A stretch of 64,000 nt of DNA from Takakia lepidozioides (taxonomy: Eukaryota; Plantae; Bryophyta), in the NCBI GenBank assembly GCA_030704615.1, contig CM060734.1:10292001-10356000 (forward strand), written 5' to 3'. Under the pieces are notes generated by a model, which saw only the letters and a program-made list of their open reading frames with translations, made no database searches and was not told the origin of the DNA. This document shows positions 61,670-64,000 of the stretch, piece by piece; the stretch's first letter is position 1, and every line of letters begins with the position of its first letter. The translations under genes and the position numbers were made by a program.

Positions 61670-62782
61670 ATGAGCAGCAACGGCCACGGTGCCAGCACGT
61701 CAGACAACGGCAACATGGGAGCCGGAGGAGCATCCATGCCGAAGAAGGAGTCGAAGAAACCAAAGTATACCAAGTTCACGCAGCAGGAATTGCCAGCCTG
61801 CAAGCCCTTGTTAACGCCAGGATGGGTGATTGCATCGTTCATGCTGGTGGGTGTGATCTTCATCCCCATCGGGGCAGTAACCCTGCTTGCATCAAGAAGT
61901 GTGGTTGAAATTGTCCATCAGTATGAGACAGCGTGCCTAGATTCCCACATCCCTGGCACGACCAAAGACGCACGCGTGCATTACATACAGGATCCAACTA
62001 CAGCGAAGTATTGCACTGCAACCCTGTCCATTTCAAAGAAGATGAAGCAGCCAGTGTTTGTGTACTATGAGTTGGATAACTTTTACCAAAACCATCGCAG
62101 ATATGTCAAGAGCAGGAGTGACAAGCAGCTGCGGGGACAGACAACCTCTACCTCTGACCTGGATTCCTGTAAACCAGAGGCCTATATTGATGGTCGTCCA
62201 ATTGTTCCTTGTGGTCTCATTGCCTGGAGTTTGTTCAATGACACTTACAACTTCTCCACGAGTCAAGGTCCCCTCACCGTAAACAAGACGGGGATTTCAT
62301 GGAAGAGCGACCGGCAAGACAAGTTCAGTTCCAAAGTATACCCTTCAGCATACTTTCCAAACAATAATCTGTCTGTAGGTGCAGGGATTGGAGGTGGCCA
62401 GCTCGATCCAAGCAAGCCCTTGAGCGAAAACGAGGATCTGATAGTCTGGATGCGCACTGCAGCGCTCCCTACTTTCCGCAAATTATGGGGCCGTATTGAG
62501 ACAGACTTAGAGGCAGGCCAGACGATTTCAGTGAATATCAACAACACCTATAACACCTACAGCTTTGGGGGAAAGAAGAAGCTGGTCCTTTCTACCACGA
62601 GTTGGTTGGGCGGCAAGAATGACTTCCTCGGTTTGGCCTATCTCATTGTGGGCATTCTATGTTTTTTTCTAGCCTTTGTTTTCTTTGTTATCCACTTAAG
62701 AAACCCGAGGCCCCTTGGTGATACCTCATATCTGTCTTGGAACAAGAAAAGTCCTGCGATGGGGGCAAATATTTCACGGTAG
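61670..62782 (+). CDS. ALIS: CDC50/LEM3-family P4-ATPase beta subunit (ALA-interacting subunit), intronless CDS
   Basis: 370-aa ORF: KFTQQELPACKPLLTP, TM1, FYQNHRRYVKSR, PCGLIAWSLFNDT, VWMRTAALPTFRKL, WLGGKNDFLG, TM2. Confidence 0.97.
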   Translation: MSSNGHGASTSDNGNMGAGGASMPKKESKKPKYTKFTQQELPACKPLLTPGWVIASFMLVGVIFIPIGAVTLLASRSVVEIVHQYETACLDSHIPGTTKDARVHYIQDPTTAKYCTATLSISKKMKQPVFVYYELDNFYQNHRRYVKSRSDKQLRGQTTSTSDLDSCKPEAYIDGRPIVPCGLIAWSLFNDTYNFSTSQGPLTVNKTGISWKSDRQDKFSSKVYPSAYFPNNNLSVGAGIGGGQLDPSKPLSENEDLIVWMRTAALPTFRKLWGRIETDLEAGQTISVNINNTYNTYSFGGKKKLVLSTTSWLGGKNDFLGLAYLIVGILCFFLAFVFFVIHLRNPRPLGDTSYLSWNKKSPAMGANISR

Positions 62783-64000
62783 TTCATATTTCCATGGTTC
62801 TAGCTCACTAATCCAAAAGTGTACCATCACGGGCCACATATCACCACATGAAAAAGGTGTTATTGATTTAGAGATGACAGGTGCATCTTGCTCTTTTGAG
62901 GCCTTCTATGTATCCATACTTTGATGGAGGAGAGTGTTTTCTGTAGTCTATGTGAGCTTATGGAGGATTCACAGAAGCTCTGCACCTGGTAGGATTCCAG
63001 GTGTGGGAGTTACCTTTGATAGATATACTCCAATCAGATTTCCTCAAGAAGGCTATTTAGATTAGGAAGATTTTCACATATGTACCGGGCTCACCCCTAT
63101 GGAGTGTTTTGATCGGGCTCCACCAGAAGGTAGAAACTATGCACTCAGTTAAAATATCATAATGTGGTGCATTTTTTTACCGCGGTGTTCTCAATACGGG
63201 GGGACTGCCGCCTCACTGTCCAAATTAGTTTCTTGGAATCACAGCATTGTAGCAGGTCTCATGTGAATGTCACAGCCCTTAGATCTACTGATACTTTCTT
63301 CAGTTGCTTTCTGGAAGCTTTTTTCTTCATCGGTGTAAGCTTTAGTGTGGTCAAGTGCACAAAGGGAATGGTGTAGTAGTTCTGCAGATCAAGTCAAGGG
63401 CAACACTATCGTAAGTGCAAGTAAAAAAGATTCTGGTAGACTTGAGTATCCGAGAACTGTGCGAGGTTGGCTATGTTTGTTATGAGGCATTGTTTGTAAC
63501 TGGTGAGTTGGGTGGCAATGTAAGGCCTCAATCGACGCCTCAATCGACACCTCAATCGACGTTGTCCTAGGTTTGCAAAGAGCCAGTGTTTGACCACTGG
63601 AAGCAAAGCAATTGATTCTCATTTTGGTGACATCATTTGTTGGTTCAGTGTCTTCTTTCTGACTTAGGGGTCAAGGGAGGGCACTAATGTGGTTTGGGAT
63701 CCTGGGTTTCAATGTTGATACAGCAATGTCACCTTCAGAGCTACAGCAAGTAAATGTCATGCCACCAACTTTAAGAGGGATGGCAATCCCATACAACAAC
63801 TGTCGATGTTGGGAAATCAGAAGAAACATACATTCACCCGGTTTCTTCAGCGAGAAAATTCTGATGGTTTCACTCTCCAGGTTTCTCCCTAGAAGATCTA
63901 TTCCAGGTCAAACCCTCTTTGCCCCACATCCATTGAGAATTGTAGTAATAGCAAAGCTTCAGTGTCATACCAGCAAAAAAACCTAAATATTGTAGGGTTC

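Overview
Land-plant nuclear DNA, probably a non-seed plant or bryophyte (inferred from PLS/DYW-type PPR debris and a Galadriel-like chromovirus). The first ~52 kb is a nested transposon block. It holds a degenerate Ty3/gypsy-type element whose gag-protease frame runs into a cytosine-5 DNA methyltransferase domain at the left window edge, inserted into a PPR-DYW gene. It also holds a truncated Helentron/Helitron2-type rolling-circle element (RPA-like gene, then OTU, 3x Myb/SANT-like, Rep, Pif1). Four copies of one chromovirus family follow. A near-intact copy (A) is nested head-to-head in the 5' LTR of a sister copy (B), and the family has a hairpin-dense ~900-nt 3' UTR bracketed by two hairpin+PPT modules. 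The block also contains a pol-less gag element, a spliced pseudogene for a ParB/Srx-like (DGNHR) protein, PPR fragments, a CACTA end and a tRNA-derived SINE. The last ~11 kb has two intact host genes with intronless CDS (PRP22/DHX8 helicase and CDC50/ALIS), a Tourist-like MITE and a 109-bp tandem repeat. All domain calls come from motif recognition by eye; no database searches were run.
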